A DNA stretch of 64,000 nt. It comes from Candidatus Velthaea sp. (GTDB lineage Bacteria > Vulcanimicrobiota > Vulcanimicrobiia > Vulcanimicrobiales > Vulcanimicrobiaceae). Below the pieces are notes generated by a model. The model searched no databases. It worked only from the letters and a program-made list of their open reading frames with translations, and was not told the DNA's origin. Both the position numbers and the translations under genes were made by a program. This document shows, one piece after another, positions 29,564-39,241 of this stretch (the stretch's first letter is position 1; every line of letters begins with the position of its first letter). The stretch is taken from positions 256,001 to 320,000 of the forward strand of contig CBDCCS010000022.1 in assembly GCA_965214935.1 (NCBI GenBank). Reading direction: 5' to 3'.

Positions 29564-29770
29564 TCAAACGCGAGCGGCGTTACTCTGAAATCGGATCCAG
29601 ACCACGGACAGTAACGCCAGAACAAAATAGGCGATGACGTGTTTGGTATGCGGCTTATCGCTTGAAAAACCGATTGCGCGAGTTATCGAACTCGGTTCGA
29701 GCGGATGCAGAATTGCAATAACGGCCAGAATTACGAAGATAACAACCAGGGCACTCGCGAGGGCTCTCAT
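29564..29770 (-). CDS. Small two-TM membrane protein
   Basis: MRALASALVVIFVILAVIAIL...HTKHVIAYFVLALLSVVWIRF; ATGA overlap with the uppP stop. Confidence 0.75.
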   Translation of the reverse strand: MRALASALVVIFVILAVIAILHPLEPSSITRAIGFSSDKPHTKHVIAYFVLALLSVVWIRFQSNAARV

Positions 29771-30624
29771 GTAATAACTTTCGTTGCAAAGAGGATGAAC
29801 GACGCGCCGCCGGCGAGCAAGCAATACCAGCCGAACGGCCGCAGATCGTTGTGTTCAAAATAACGGGTTAAGAACGCGACCGAAGCATATGCGGTAACAC
29901 CAGCAAGAATTCCGCCTACGATTGCTTCCTGTGCGACGATATGTGCCGATGGTTCAAATAACTTCGGTATTTCCAAAACGCTGGCGGCTAAAATTACCGG
30001 CGTTGCTAGCAGAAACGAGTATTTCGCCGCTGCTTCATGGTCGAGATCGACGAGCAGACCGGCGACGATCGACGAACCGGAGCGCGAAATGCCCGGCAAT
30101 AACGCCAGCCCTTGCGCCAAGCCGACTTTCACGCCGTCGGGATAGCTAATTGCTTCGATCGGCTTTGACGTCCGCGTCCGATCGGCGCGTTGGCGCTTAC
30201 GCAGCCACTCGCCGAAAAACATAACGAATGCATTGAGGACCAGAAACGCCGCAGCCGGCAGCGGCGATCCGAACAGACCGCGCACCGCCGATTGAAAAAA
30301 TACGCCGAGCAAACCCACCGGGATCGTGCCGGCCACGAGCAGCCAGCCGATCTTTTCGTCGCGATCGCTCGAGAGCTTTCCGCGCACGACGCTACGCACG
30401 AGTGCAGCGACGATCGCGATCCACTCGCGACGGTAAAACGCAATGAGCGCCAGCGCCGTACCGAGATGCAACACGACGACGAAGGCTAAAAACTCTTCGC
30501 CCGAACGATCGATCGGCCAGCGCAAAAGTGCTGGAATAAGGATCGTATGTCCGAGGCTGCTGATCGGAAAAAGTTCGCTCACGCCTTGCAGCACGGCGAG
30601 AAACATGGCTTGAGCAAACGTCAC
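29767..30624 (-). CDS. uppP: Undecaprenyl-diphosphatase
   Basis: LQGVSELFPISSLGH, LHLGT, LLPGISRSG, YSFLL. Confidence 0.95.
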   Translation of the reverse strand: MTFAQAMFLAVLQGVSELFPISSLGHTILIPALLRWPIDRSGEEFLAFVVVLHLGTALALIAFYRREWIAIVAALVRSVVRGKLSSDRDEKIGWLLVAGTIPVGLLGVFFQSAVRGLFGSPLPAAAFLVLNAFVMFFGEWLRKRQRADRTRTSKPIEAISYPDGVKVGLAQGLALLPGISRSGSSIVAGLLVDLDHEAAAKYSFLLATPVILAASVLEIPKLFEPSAHIVAQEAIVGGILAGVTAYASVAFLTRYFEHNDLRPFGWYCLLAGGASFILFATKVIT

Positions 30625-30671
30625 GTTATGGTGCGTACGCGCGCGGCGACAGGGTTTCCTAGCGGCAAACG

Positions 30672-31064
30672 ATGAAGCGCGGTTCGTACATGGATCTACC
30701 GCCGACGCAGGGCATCATGCGTGCAAGCCGACGCGAACGTGAAATCTTACTCGTATCGTACACGATCGATGCCGATCTGGCGCCCGAGTTTACCGAAACG
30801 TACGACATTGCCGTCGGTGGCCTCGCAATGTTGACCAACGCTGCGCTGTCTCCGAATCGCGCGCTCGTCATCGATCTCGAGTTACGCGGCGATACGCGGC
30901 CCAAGCTGCGCTTGAACGCGCACGTACGCTGGTCGAGCTACGATCCGCTGCTCAAGAAGTATCGAACGGGCGTCGCCTTTACCGACCGCCCCGCCGACTT
31001 CGAACAAGACTTATTACGTTACATCGACACGCTGCACATGTTGCGCGATCTCGGCGCGCTCTAA
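30672..31064 (+). CDS. Stand-alone PilZ-like domain protein
   Basis: Arg-rich RASRRER, DIAVGG (DxAxxG), VRW...YRTGVAF. Confidence 0.72.
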   Translation: MKRGSYMDLPPTQGIMRASRREREILLVSYTIDADLAPEFTETYDIAVGGLAMLTNAALSPNRALVIDLELRGDTRPKLRLNAHVRWSSYDPLLKKYRTGVAFTDRPADFEQDLLRYIDTLHMLRDLGAL

Positions 31065-31092
31065 GCGTACGTGCGACATGCGAATCAGGCAG

Positions 31093-31130
31093 AAAGAAGA
31101 GAATGCCGACCGGCATCCTCTTCTTTTGTT
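31093..31130. terminator. Bidirectional intrinsic terminator
   Basis: AAAGAAGAG-A-ATGCC-GACC-GGCAT-C-CTCTTCTTT hairpin with T/A-rich ends, between convergent PilZ-like and tonB genes. Confidence 0.7.
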
Positions 31131-31151
31131 TCGCGCTTTCGCCGATCCGAA

Positions 31152-31937
31152 TTAGTTGTTGTTGAACTCGACGGCGAAGATATACGTCGCCGCAACCGGT
31201 TCACAGTTTTTAATTTCGGTGCGGAACGTGCTTTGCTGCGCTGCGCGAATCGCGGCTGAGTTCAGCAACTGACTGGGCGAACTTTGCACGGTCGGTGTAC
31301 CGACGATATGGTTGGTCGCATCGAGATTGATAACCACGTTGACGACGCCGGTAATGCCCTGCTGTTGAGCGATCGGCGGCGTGTCCGGCGCGACGGCGTT
31401 GGTCGTGGTCGCTTCAACATTCGGGTTGGCACACGACGGCGGCTTCGTCGGCGCGACCGTCGGCGGTGCGGGCGGCGCGGCGGCCGTTTGGATCGGAACC
31501 GGCGTCGTGGCAGCGGCAGTCGAGGTCCCCTGCGGGACCCCGTTCGTTGAACCGACGGTGTGCGTGTTGGCGGCCTCGGTTGCGCCGCCTTTGGTTGCAG
31601 TCGTCTTCGCGGTCGTGATCTTAATTTTTGGTTGCGGGATCGGCGGCGGAGCTTTCGGCGGCGGCGTTTTCGGCGGCTGCGTCGGCGGCGGAGTCGGTGG
31701 CGGTGTGGGTGTCGGCTTCGGCGTCGGCGGCGGAGTCGGTGGCGGCGTCGCGATGTGATCGCGACGGATGACCGAAACTTTTTCTTCTTCGGGCTGCGTG
31801 CGATCGAATTTCACGAGCGGCCCGACCAGCAAATGCAGCACGATCGACAAGCCGAAACCATAGACGAGAAAGTTTGTAACGCGGGCGCGCGTCGGATCGC
31901 GCGGCGGCGGAGGCGGCGAAGAATCTGGCTGCGTCAC
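31152..31937 (-). CDS. tonB: TonB energy transducer
   Basis: TM with SIVLH motif, Pro/Thr-rich linker, TonB_C domain (P.IAQQQGITGVV...LNSAAIRAA). Confidence 0.88.
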   Translation of the reverse strand: MTQPDSSPPPPPRDPTRARVTNFLVYGFGLSIVLHLLVGPLVKFDRTQPEEEKVSVIRRDHIATPPPTPPPTPKPTPTPPPTPPPTQPPKTPPPKAPPPIPQPKIKITTAKTTATKGGATEAANTHTVGSTNGVPQGTSTAAATTPVPIQTAAAPPAPPTVAPTKPPSCANPNVEATTTNAVAPDTPPIAQQQGITGVVNVVINLDATNHIVGTPTVQSSPSQLLNSAAIRAAQQSTFRTEIKNCEPVAATYIFAVEFNNN

Positions 31938-32350
31938 TGGTCCTTCGAGCCCTCGACCTTATTAGCCAAACCGAATCCGGTGAGATCGGCACTTTTGGCC
32001 GAATCCATCACGCGCAATATCGTTCCGAAACTTGCTTTCGGGCTGGCTTTGATGATCACCGATTTGAGATGATGTCCGGTTTGAGCCGCAAGCTTGTCGA
32101 ACTCGGCAGCCGCACCGGCCTCGTCGATCGTATCGGAGCCGACTTGGATCTTGTTATTTTCGTCGATCAACACCACGATCTGTGACGCTGTAACCGTATC
32201 CGTGTTCTTGGCGACCGGTAATTTCGGCTCTTTAGTGACGGATGCCAGGATGATGAAGATGATCAACAGCACCAGCAACACGTCCGTGAACGGCGTGATA
32301 TTGATTGTCGACATGACTTCTTCTTCGGCTTGACCTACAGAAACGGCCAC
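31934..32350 (-). CDS. exbD: ExbD/TolR family protein
   Basis: INITPFTDVLLVLLIIF. Confidence 0.9.
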   Translation of the reverse strand: MAVSVGQAEEEVMSTINITPFTDVLLVLLIIFIILASVTKEPKLPVAKNTDTVTASQIVVLIDENNKIQVGSDTIDEAGAAAEFDKLAAQTGHHLKSVIIKASPKASFGTILRVMDSAKSADLTGFGLANKVEGSKDQ

Positions 32351-32415
32351 GCTAGTTCAGATGCCCTTCTTGGATGAACCGTCGACGGGCCGACGGTGCG
32401 GATGTTCGCACGTGA

Positions 32416-32829
32416 CTACGATGTAACAAAACCAACGTCGGTCAATCCGGCGATCTTCGCCGCGTCGAGGATCGTGATGATGATGCCGTACGGCGCCTTG
32501 ATATCGGCAGCGAGCGAAACGTGGATGCGCCCGCGGCGTCGAGCGACTTCGCCCATGTCGGCATAGATGTGGGCGGGGTTCGTTTCCTTATTGTCGACGA
32601 AGATGCGACCTTTATCATTGACCAGCACTTCGATCGTCTTACTGGGTTTTTCTATCTCGACTTTTTTGCTGTCGCTCTTGTCGGGCAACTGCTTCTGAAA
32701 GCCGGGCGGCGTCACGAGCGCCGCGAGAATCATAAAGATAATGAGCAATACCAATAGCACGTCGGTGAACGGCGTGATATTGATTTCCGCCATAACATCA
32801 TCGCCCCCGGCGGACGAAACCATCGACAA
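32416..32829 (-). CDS. exbD: ExbD/TolR family protein
   Basis: AEINITPFTDVLLVLLIIFM, LAAD...YG. Confidence 0.9.
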   Translation of the reverse strand: MSMVSSAGGDDVMAEINITPFTDVLLVLLIIFMILAALVTPPGFQKQLPDKSDSKKVEIEKPSKTIEVLVNDKGRIFVDNKETNPAHIYADMGEVARRRGRIHVSLAADIKAPYGIIITILDAAKIAGLTDVGFVTS

Positions 32830-32844
32830 AGCGCTACGTCTCCC

Positions 32845-33537
32845 TTAGGCCCGGCTAGTGGAAGCCGGCTGATAGAGGTCCGTCGGAATCGGCGCGCCGG
32901 TATTGTGAAAGTGCAACATCTCGGCGAGCTGATTGGCAGCGACGATCATGTCTTGGTTGTACGCCTTGATACGCGTCTTGAAATAGTTGAAGAACACGAC
33001 CGATACGACTGCGACGAACAAGCCGGCAGCCGTGGTGATGAGCGCTTCGGAGACACCGGCGGCAACAACGGCGGGCGTCGAATTCCCCTTGAGCGCGATA
33101 TCTTGGAACGCTTTGATAATACCGAGCACCGTACCGAACAAACCGACAAAAGGCGCAATAACCGCGATCGTTCCGATGATTCCTAAATTACGTTCGAGCG
33201 AGTTGAGATTCTCCATGAGCGCTATCGACAGCGCGTCGGTAATGTCGGCGCGGTTTTTTTCCCCGCGCGCAAGACCGAACTCGAGAATACGCGGCAGCAT
33301 GCCTTTATTTCCCTGGCACGTCCGCATGGCACCGGTCAGGTCATCGGCTGCAATCTTCTGGCCGAGCTGTCGCAGCAACGCTTTTGAATCGGAATGCTGC
33401 GTCGCGAAGAAAAACAGTCGCTCGATAACGATCGCGATTGCGACGACCGATAACAGCAATAGCGCCCACATCGCGGGACCGCCCGATACGATCGTCTGAA
33501 AGAAATTACTGAAATCCACTGTTGCTGGCGCCTCCAA
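32845..33537 (-). CDS. exbB: ExbB/TolQ/MotA proton channel
   Basis: IAPFVGLFGTVLGII, GVSEALITTAAGL. Confidence 0.9.
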   Translation of the reverse strand: MEAPATVDFSNFFQTIVSGGPAMWALLLLSVVAIAIVIERLFFFATQHSDSKALLRQLGQKIAADDLTGAMRTCQGNKGMLPRILEFGLARGEKNRADITDALSIALMENLNSLERNLGIIGTIAVIAPFVGLFGTVLGIIKAFQDIALKGNSTPAVVAAGVSEALITTAAGLFVAVVSVVFFNYFKTRIKAYNQDMIVAANQLAEMLHFHNTGAPIPTDLYQPASTSRA

Positions 33538-33653
33538 GGACGACGTTTAGTGTGGGCTGACTCGTGATTGGTAACGGTGGCCTTGCTCTGCTTCGGAGCG
33601 AGGCGAGGGTTAGCAATATTCGCCGTGAATCCTCGTCGCCGACGAGGACCGAC

Positions 33654-34970
33654 TCATTTTGTTCCGGCGGTTCCCAGTTGCTTGAGCGCCGCATCGATTT
33701 GCTTACTCAAGTCGGGATCGTTTCCGGTTTTAGCGGATGCTTGTGCCTTATTAAGGTACGTGAGCGCATCCTTTGTGTTTTTGTCGTTCGCTAAAGCCAC
33801 CCCGGCGACATAATTCGAGCGAGCGTCGTTCGCGTCGATCGTGAGTGCCTTATCCGCTTCAGCCTTGACGACTTTCCAATCGGGTTTGGTGTCGCTTGCA
33901 AGAATCATCGCCGCATTGCCGTAGAGCTGAACGGCATATTTCGGAGCGGCCGAAGCCCCCGCATCGAGTTGATCCGCGGCGCCTTTGCGGTCGCCGGATT
34001 TTACGAGCGTCGTCGCCTTATCGTTATAATACTGGGCGATGATGTCACCGGTCTGCGTAATGCCCGGGTCGAGCCGGCTGACGTCTTTGGCCGTTGCAAG
34101 ACCCTTGTCGCTTTGGCCGGCGCCCATATAAGCGGCGGTCAAGTTCGTCTCGATGATGGCCAGTTGATGGTTGTCGGCCTTTGCCGTAAGCGCGAGGTCG
34201 CGCGCACGTTCCAAGTCGCCAACCGCCGGCTCGTATTTTTTACCGGCGTATTGTGCACTGCCGCGAATGTTGTACGCTTCGGGCGACGGTACCAATGCGA
34301 TCGCTTTGGTCGCAAAAGCGACGGCATCATCGTCGCTATTGCTTTTAAGAGCGGTAGCGGCTGCATTGACGTAGGATTTGTCGGCGAGCAACTTATACTT
34401 CGGCGGGATCGGGCCGGCTTTGTCGAACGCGGCGGCCGCAGCGGCCGAATCGTCGGTAAACGCATTGGCAACACCCAATAAGAGATTTGCCTGCCGATCG
34501 TCCGGAGCGTTCCGAAGGTAGTCGGCAAGTTGCGTCTTTGCGCCGGCGTAGTTGCCGCTGCGCTCGAGAACGACGACGTGCGCCAACGCGCCGGTCGCCG
34601 GCTCGTTACTGCCGTCGGTCACCGATCCGCTCCCGGCGAAATTAAGCACGAACGTGTAAAATGCGTCGGCGGGTTTGCCGTCTTTGGATGCCGGCTTATA
34701 TTTCGAGGTTTTAGCGATTTCAAGTGCCGCAGCATCATCGGCATGATTGGTCGACTTGCTGACTGCCGACGGCGCGTCGGCTTTGCCCCCGGCGTGCACG
34801 AAAACTTTGATCGTCACGGTGCCTTTTCCGGCGACCGGTGTGGTGCTCGTACCACGTGAAATGAGTTTGGGCGGGACGTAAAAGACAGCTGTTTGGGCCG
34901 GCACGCCGGCCGGTACGGCGCCCAGGGCAAATGCCGCGACGGCGGCCAAAGGCGTCAGACGAAGGGACAT
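33654..34970 (-). CDS. Secreted protein with N-terminal TonB_C-like domain and TPR repeats
   Basis: Signal peptide; GKGTVTIKVFV...DDAAALEIAKTSKYKPASKDGKP (TonB_C-like); helical TPR-like repeats. Confidence 0.75.
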   Translation of the reverse strand: MSLRLTPLAAVAAFALGAVPAGVPAQTAVFYVPPKLISRGTSTTPVAGKGTVTIKVFVHAGGKADAPSAVSKSTNHADDAAALEIAKTSKYKPASKDGKPADAFYTFVLNFAGSGSVTDGSNEPATGALAHVVVLERSGNYAGAKTQLADYLRNAPDDRQANLLLGVANAFTDDSAAAAAAFDKAGPIPPKYKLLADKSYVNAAATALKSNSDDDAVAFATKAIALVPSPEAYNIRGSAQYAGKKYEPAVGDLERARDLALTAKADNHQLAIIETNLTAAYMGAGQSDKGLATAKDVSRLDPGITQTGDIIAQYYNDKATTLVKSGDRKGAADQLDAGASAAPKYAVQLYGNAAMILASDTKPDWKVVKAEADKALTIDANDARSNYVAGVALANDKNTKDALTYLNKAQASAKTGNDPDLSKQIDAALKQLGTAGTK

Positions 34971-34971
34971 G

Positions 34972-35841
34972 TTACCTCGCGGACGGGGGGGATAACCGGG
35001 CGGTGCCAGGTCGCTCGAGCGTTGCCATCACGCCGCTTGCGACGTCGAAGTATGACATGAGCTGCTTTGTGTCCCCTCCGTCGAGTCCCTCGGCCGCGGT
35101 AACAAGCAGCGCTGCCAAGGACCGCAGATGGCCGGCTAACGGCGCGGCGTTGGCTTTCATGATCGGCGACCAGATCGTTGCCGGCGATCGAGCTAAGCGC
35201 AACATCGACATGATACCCGGTCCGCACAACTCGGCAACATGCCGATCGGCCGAAAGAGCGGGGGCGAGTTCGGCTGCAAGGACGACCGCTACTGCTTGCG
35301 GCAGGTGAGAAGTCAATGCGACGATCGCATCGTGTCGAGTCGCCTCGATTTCAAGCGGCCGGGCGCCCATTGCCGCGATAAAGCGGCCGACCCGTTCGAT
35401 CAAACCGCGGTCCGCATGCGGAACGAAGGCCCAGGTAGCCGCCGCAAACAGATCGGGGCCGGCCGCGTCGATGCCGCCGCGTTCGCGTCCGGCCATCGGA
35501 TGCGTACCGACGTAATTCGGTACGAGTCCAGCATAACGTTGCAACGGCGCTTTCACCGAAGCGACGTCGACGATCAAACGCGGCCCGGCCGTCCCGCGTA
35601 GTTCCTCGAGCGCTTCCGCCGCCGCGTCGACCGGAATCGCCAGCACCAGCGTATCGCAGGTTGCGGCAAGTTCGGCGATCGTTTTTACGGCACGATCGAT
35701 CGCGCCGCGTTCGCGCGCCCGATCGATGACAGCCGGATCCCGATCGCAGCCGATCACCCATGCACCGCGAGCCCGGGCGCACAAGCCGATCGAGCCGCCG
35801 ATGAGCCCGACGCCGGCGATGCCGATGCGTTCGCCCTTCAG
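34972..35841 (-). CDS. tyrA: Prephenate/arogenate dehydrogenase (inferred CTG start)
   Basis: KGERIGIAGVGLIGGS, DVASVK, THPMAGRE, HDAIVALTSHLP; the ORF-track extension to 36456 overlaps aroH/rluB and is spurious. Confidence 0.92.
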   Translation of the reverse strand: MKGERIGIAGVGLIGGSIGLCARARGAWVIGCDRDPAVIDRARERGAIDRAVKTIAELAATCDTLVLAIPVDAAAEALEELRGTAGPRLIVDVASVKAPLQRYAGLVPNYVGTHPMAGRERGGIDAAGPDLFAAATWAFVPHADRGLIERVGRFIAAMGARPLEIEATRHDAIVALTSHLPQAVAVVLAAELAPALSADRHVAELCGPGIMSMLRLARSPATIWSPIMKANAAPLAGHLRSLAALLVTAAEGLDGGDTKQLMSYFDVASGVMATLERPGTARLSPPSAR

Positions 35842-36203
35842 CGTTGGAGATCCGGACGTAAACCACGCGCTCCATCGAGATACACGTGTACGATCTGCTG
35901 CGCCGTTTTTTCGGTGTTGACATGCACGAGCACGCGGATGCAGCGGGCCAAGCCGCCCGGCACCGCGATCTCGGTGAAATTGAGCAGCGGCACCAGAAGC
36001 CAGCCCATCCGTCGCGCGGCAGCGGCGGGGAACTCGGAAATAAGATCCGGCGTGGTGGTAAAAAGCGCCGATGCGATATCGTCCGGCACGACGTCGTTCT
36101 GCGCAATAAGCGTGCGCAACAGCTTTTCGGTCGCATCGAGCACCAACGCCGGCTCGTCGCGGTCGACCGTGATCGCACCCCGAATACCGCGCACGAGCGT
36201 CAC
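35838..36203 (-). CDS. aroH: Chorismate mutase, AroH class
   Basis: VRGIRGAIT, FTTTPDL...FPA, RCIRVL, HVYLDGA..LRPDL. Confidence 0.95.
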   Translation of the reverse strand: MTLVRGIRGAITVDRDEPALVLDATEKLLRTLIAQNDVVPDDIASALFTTTPDLISEFPAAAARRMGWLLVPLLNFTEIAVPGGLARCIRVLVHVNTEKTAQQIVHVYLDGARGLRPDLQR

Positions 36204-36928
36204 GAAGCCGCGGCGAGGATCGCGCGCAGTTCGCGCAGTTCGCGCGCGGTTGCAGCGCGCATTTCACCGGCTCCGAGCGTGCCCAACGCAACCGGACCAA
36301 ACCGCAAGCGAACGAGATCGAGCACGGGATGATCGATTTGGTCGAACATCCGGCGTACTTGCCGGTTCTTGCCTTCGTGAATGGTAATATCGATCGTCGA
36401 GCGCATCGGACGGACGGCGACGACGTGCAGCACGGCCGGCGCCGCCCGTCCGTCATCGAGTTTGACCCCGGCGCCCAGCGCCGTTATCTGGTCGGGCGTC
36501 AAACGGCCGCGCACGGTCGCGCGGTAGGTTTTCGCCACACCGAAACGCGGATGCGTGAGAACATGCGCGAGATCGCCGTCGTCGGTTAACAACAAGACGC
36601 CGGCCGTATCGTAATCAAGGCGGCCGACGGGAACGACGCGTTGCAAAACACCGTGGGTCCGCACGACATCGGCGACCGTCCGGCGCCCCTGAGGATCGCT
36701 CATCGTCGTGACGACGCCGAACGGCTTATGCAACACGTAGTAGGCATGATCTTGCGGCGGTACGACGACCTGTCCGCCGAATTCGACCCGATCGCGGGCC
36801 GGGTCGACGGTGGTTCCGAGCTCGCGCACCGTCCCGCCGTTAACGCAAACGCTACCGGCGACGATGAGTTCTTCAGCCTTGCGACGCGACGCGACACCGG
36901 CTTGCGCAAGGTAGCGCGCAAGACGCAT
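36200..36928 (-). CDS. rluB: rRNA pseudouridine synthase (RluB/RsuA family)
   Basis: S4 RLARYLA...SRRKAE, VGRLD, EGKNRQVRRM. Confidence 0.9.
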   Translation of the reverse strand: MRLARYLAQAGVASRRKAEELIVAGSVCVNGGTVRELGTTVDPARDRVEFGGQVVVPPQDHAYYVLHKPFGVVTTMSDPQGRRTVADVVRTHGVLQRVVPVGRLDYDTAGVLLLTDDGDLAHVLTHPRFGVAKTYRATVRGRLTPDQITALGAGVKLDDGRAAPAVLHVVAVRPMRSTIDITIHEGKNRQVRRMFDQIDHPVLDLVRLRFGPVALGTLGAGEMRAATARELRELRAILAAAS

Positions 36929-36959
36929 CTTGACGTTGGAATCGATCGCCCGAACGCCG

Positions 36960-38453
36960 CTAGGCTTTGAGCGCTGCGACCGCGCGATCGGTCAACGCGC
37001 CCAGAAAATCAGCGTTCGCCTTCGACTTGCCGATGCGCTCGAGCACCAACTCGGTAAACTCCGTCGGCCCCAGCGCAACGGTCGCCCGCCGGAACATCCA
37101 CACCTTGCGCAATTCCAGTTCGCTCAAAAGCAATTCTTCGTGCCGCGTTCCGGATCGTTTCAGATCGATTGCCGGAAAAATTCTCGCGTCGGCGAGCGAA
37201 CGCGACAAATCGATCTCGGCATTGGCGCTGCGCCGAAACTCTTCATGAATCTGATCGTCGATCTTGGCGCCGGTCTCGACGAAGACGGTTGCAACGATCG
37301 TAAGCGAACCGCCGCCTTCGACGTTGCGCGCGGCACCGAAATACCGTTTGGCGCGGAACAGCGCAGCAGCTTCAAGTCCACCCGGTACCGTCCGTGGTGA
37401 CGGCGGCACAACGGCGTTGTAAGCGCGCGTCAGACGAGTGATCGAGTCGAGCAGGATGACGGCATCGCCGCCGAGTTCAACGATTCGTTTTGCACGCTCC
37501 AGAACGAGTTCGGCAACATTGAGGTGCAATTCGGGATGTTCGTCGAAAGTGGTCGCGACGACGTCGCCCGTTACGCTTTGCGACAAATCCGTGACGTCTT
37601 CGGGACGCTCGTCGACTAAAACGGCGATCACGTGCGTGCGCGGCGAATTCGCACCGATTGCATTTGCAATCTCTTTAATGAGCGTCGTTTTCCCGGCTTT
37701 CGGCGGCGCAGAGACGAGCACGCGCTGACCTTTGCCGATCGGTGCAAATAAGTCGATGAGCCGAGTCGCGAGCAAGCCGCGCTGCTCGAGCGTCAGCCGC
37801 TCCGTCGGATGAACGGCGATGAGCTCGTCGAACTTCGCGCGTTCGCGAACAGCCTCCGGATCGAATCCGTTGACGGTCTCGACCTTAACGATGCCATAGT
37901 ACTTTTCATTGTCTTTGGGTTTACGTACTTGTCCGGCGACAAGGTCGCCGCGGCGCAACTCGAAACGGCGAATTTGCGACTGAGAAATATAAATATCGTC
38001 GCCGCCGGCGACATAACCCGAACGCCGCAGAAAGCCGTAGCCTTCCGGCAAAATATCGAGCACGCCGTCGGCAAGTTCGAGACCGGAGCGCGCCGCGGCA
38101 ATCTCGAGAATTTGCGCTGCAAGATCGTCCTTCTTTATCTTGACCGGCGCAGCGATGTCGAACGTTTTCGCCAGCTCGTTGAGTTCGGTTTTACTCATCT
38201 CGGCAAGTTGCTGCGCCGATACCATCGGCGGCCCGACCGGCTGAGGAAATTCCGGCTGCGCGAAGATGTCGGTCGCCGGAGCTGCGCCGTTTTCAAATCG
38301 CTGCCGGCCGCGCCGCGAGCGGCGGCGGCGGCTGCCGGCGGCATCGGGAGGACGTCCGTTTTGCGGGGGTCGATTGTCGAATTGCAGCTGAGATCTCTCT
38401 TCTGCGCGGTTGCGCCGCCAAGCGCCACGTATCCGGCGGGGCTGCCGTGACAC
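36960..38453 (-). CDS. rho: Transcription termination factor Rho with N-terminal Arg-rich extension
   Basis: GYGFLR, DIYISQSQIRRF, PIGKGQR, PPKAGKT, DERPE, LLDSITRL, SGTRHEELL. Confidence 0.95.
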   Translation of the reverse strand: MSRQPRRIRGAWRRNRAEERSQLQFDNRPPQNGRPPDAAGSRRRRSRRGRQRFENGAAPATDIFAQPEFPQPVGPPMVSAQQLAEMSKTELNELAKTFDIAAPVKIKKDDLAAQILEIAAARSGLELADGVLDILPEGYGFLRRSGYVAGGDDIYISQSQIRRFELRRGDLVAGQVRKPKDNEKYYGIVKVETVNGFDPEAVRERAKFDELIAVHPTERLTLEQRGLLATRLIDLFAPIGKGQRVLVSAPPKAGKTTLIKEIANAIGANSPRTHVIAVLVDERPEDVTDLSQSVTGDVVATTFDEHPELHLNVAELVLERAKRIVELGGDAVILLDSITRLTRAYNAVVPPSPRTVPGGLEAAALFRAKRYFGAARNVEGGGSLTIVATVFVETGAKIDDQIHEEFRRSANAEIDLSRSLADARIFPAIDLKRSGTRHEELLLSELELRKVWMFRRATVALGPTEFTELVLERIGKSKANADFLGALTDRAVAALKA

Positions 38454-38594
38454 ATTGCAACCCGGAAGCGCCGGGGACGAAGTAAGTCAACGCCTCGAAA
38501 TGCATCGGTCGGCGCCGCCCGGACTATATCACATCTCGAAGCACTACTGCAATTGTCTTTTCGATACGGGCCTCGCCGTTCGCAGCGGCGCCAC

Positions 38595-39197
38595 TTACCC
38601 GCCGTGCGGCGAAAGCGCGCGCTTCCCACTCAAGTAAGCGCTGCCGCGCGCAAAGAATCGGTGCTCGACATCGAGCGAACGCGATAGGCCGATACGTGTC
38701 GACCTGCCGACGGGCGGTCGCGGCGCTTCGCCGGCGGCAAGCCAAAGACGCGGATCGCTATCAAGATCGGCGCCATCGAAACGCCGATCGATATCGAGCC
38801 CTGCACACAGGCGTCCCGGCCCGCGCAACAGGTCGCGGTCGGAAGCCGCTGCGCGGCGCGCCCGGATCTGACCGAGCCCCGCAAGGGGTTCGAGCGCGCG
38901 AATGAGGACTGCAGCGCCGACTCCCGGCCCCTCGCTACTGATGTTCAAACAATACGCCGTACCAAAGATGAAGTACACGTAGGCATGAAAGTTCGCACCG
39001 AACATCGTCCGGTTGCGATTCGTCATCCCGCGATAGGAATGCGATGCCGGATCGGTCGGCACATACGCTTCGGTTTCAACGATGAGACCTGAAGCAATCG
39101 ATTCATCATCGAAGCGCCGAACGAGCGTTACGCCGATCAGGAAGTGGGCGAGCTCGTCGGTTGCTAACGGAACATCTTCGCGCCTGAGTCTACGCAT
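38595..39197 (-). CDS. mpg: DNA-3-methyladenine glycosylase (MPG/AAG family)
   Basis: IVETEAY, DPASHS, AYVY, AVLIRALEP, GPGRL, RIG. Confidence 0.93.
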   Translation of the reverse strand: MRRLRREDVPLATDELAHFLIGVTLVRRFDDESIASGLIVETEAYVPTDPASHSYRGMTNRNRTMFGANFHAYVYFIFGTAYCLNISSEGPGVGAAVLIRALEPLAGLGQIRARRAAASDRDLLRGPGRLCAGLDIDRRFDGADLDSDPRLWLAAGEAPRPPVGRSTRIGLSRSLDVEHRFFARGSAYLSGKRALSPHGG

Positions 39198-39241
39198 CGG
39201 GCATCGTTCGTCATCGCACTTCGCGCCCCAGAATTCGCTGT

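Noticed and set aside
31640..31750. GGCGGCGGAGTCGGT-type tandem repeats
   Set aside because: These encode the Pro/Thr linker of TonB; not a CRISPR array or independent repeat
35842..36456. N-terminal extensions in the ORF track for tyrA (also hisC-like to 56122, hpt to 51405, BON to 56532)
   Set aside because: They overlap recognised upstream genes in other frames; family motifs begin only at the shorter starts
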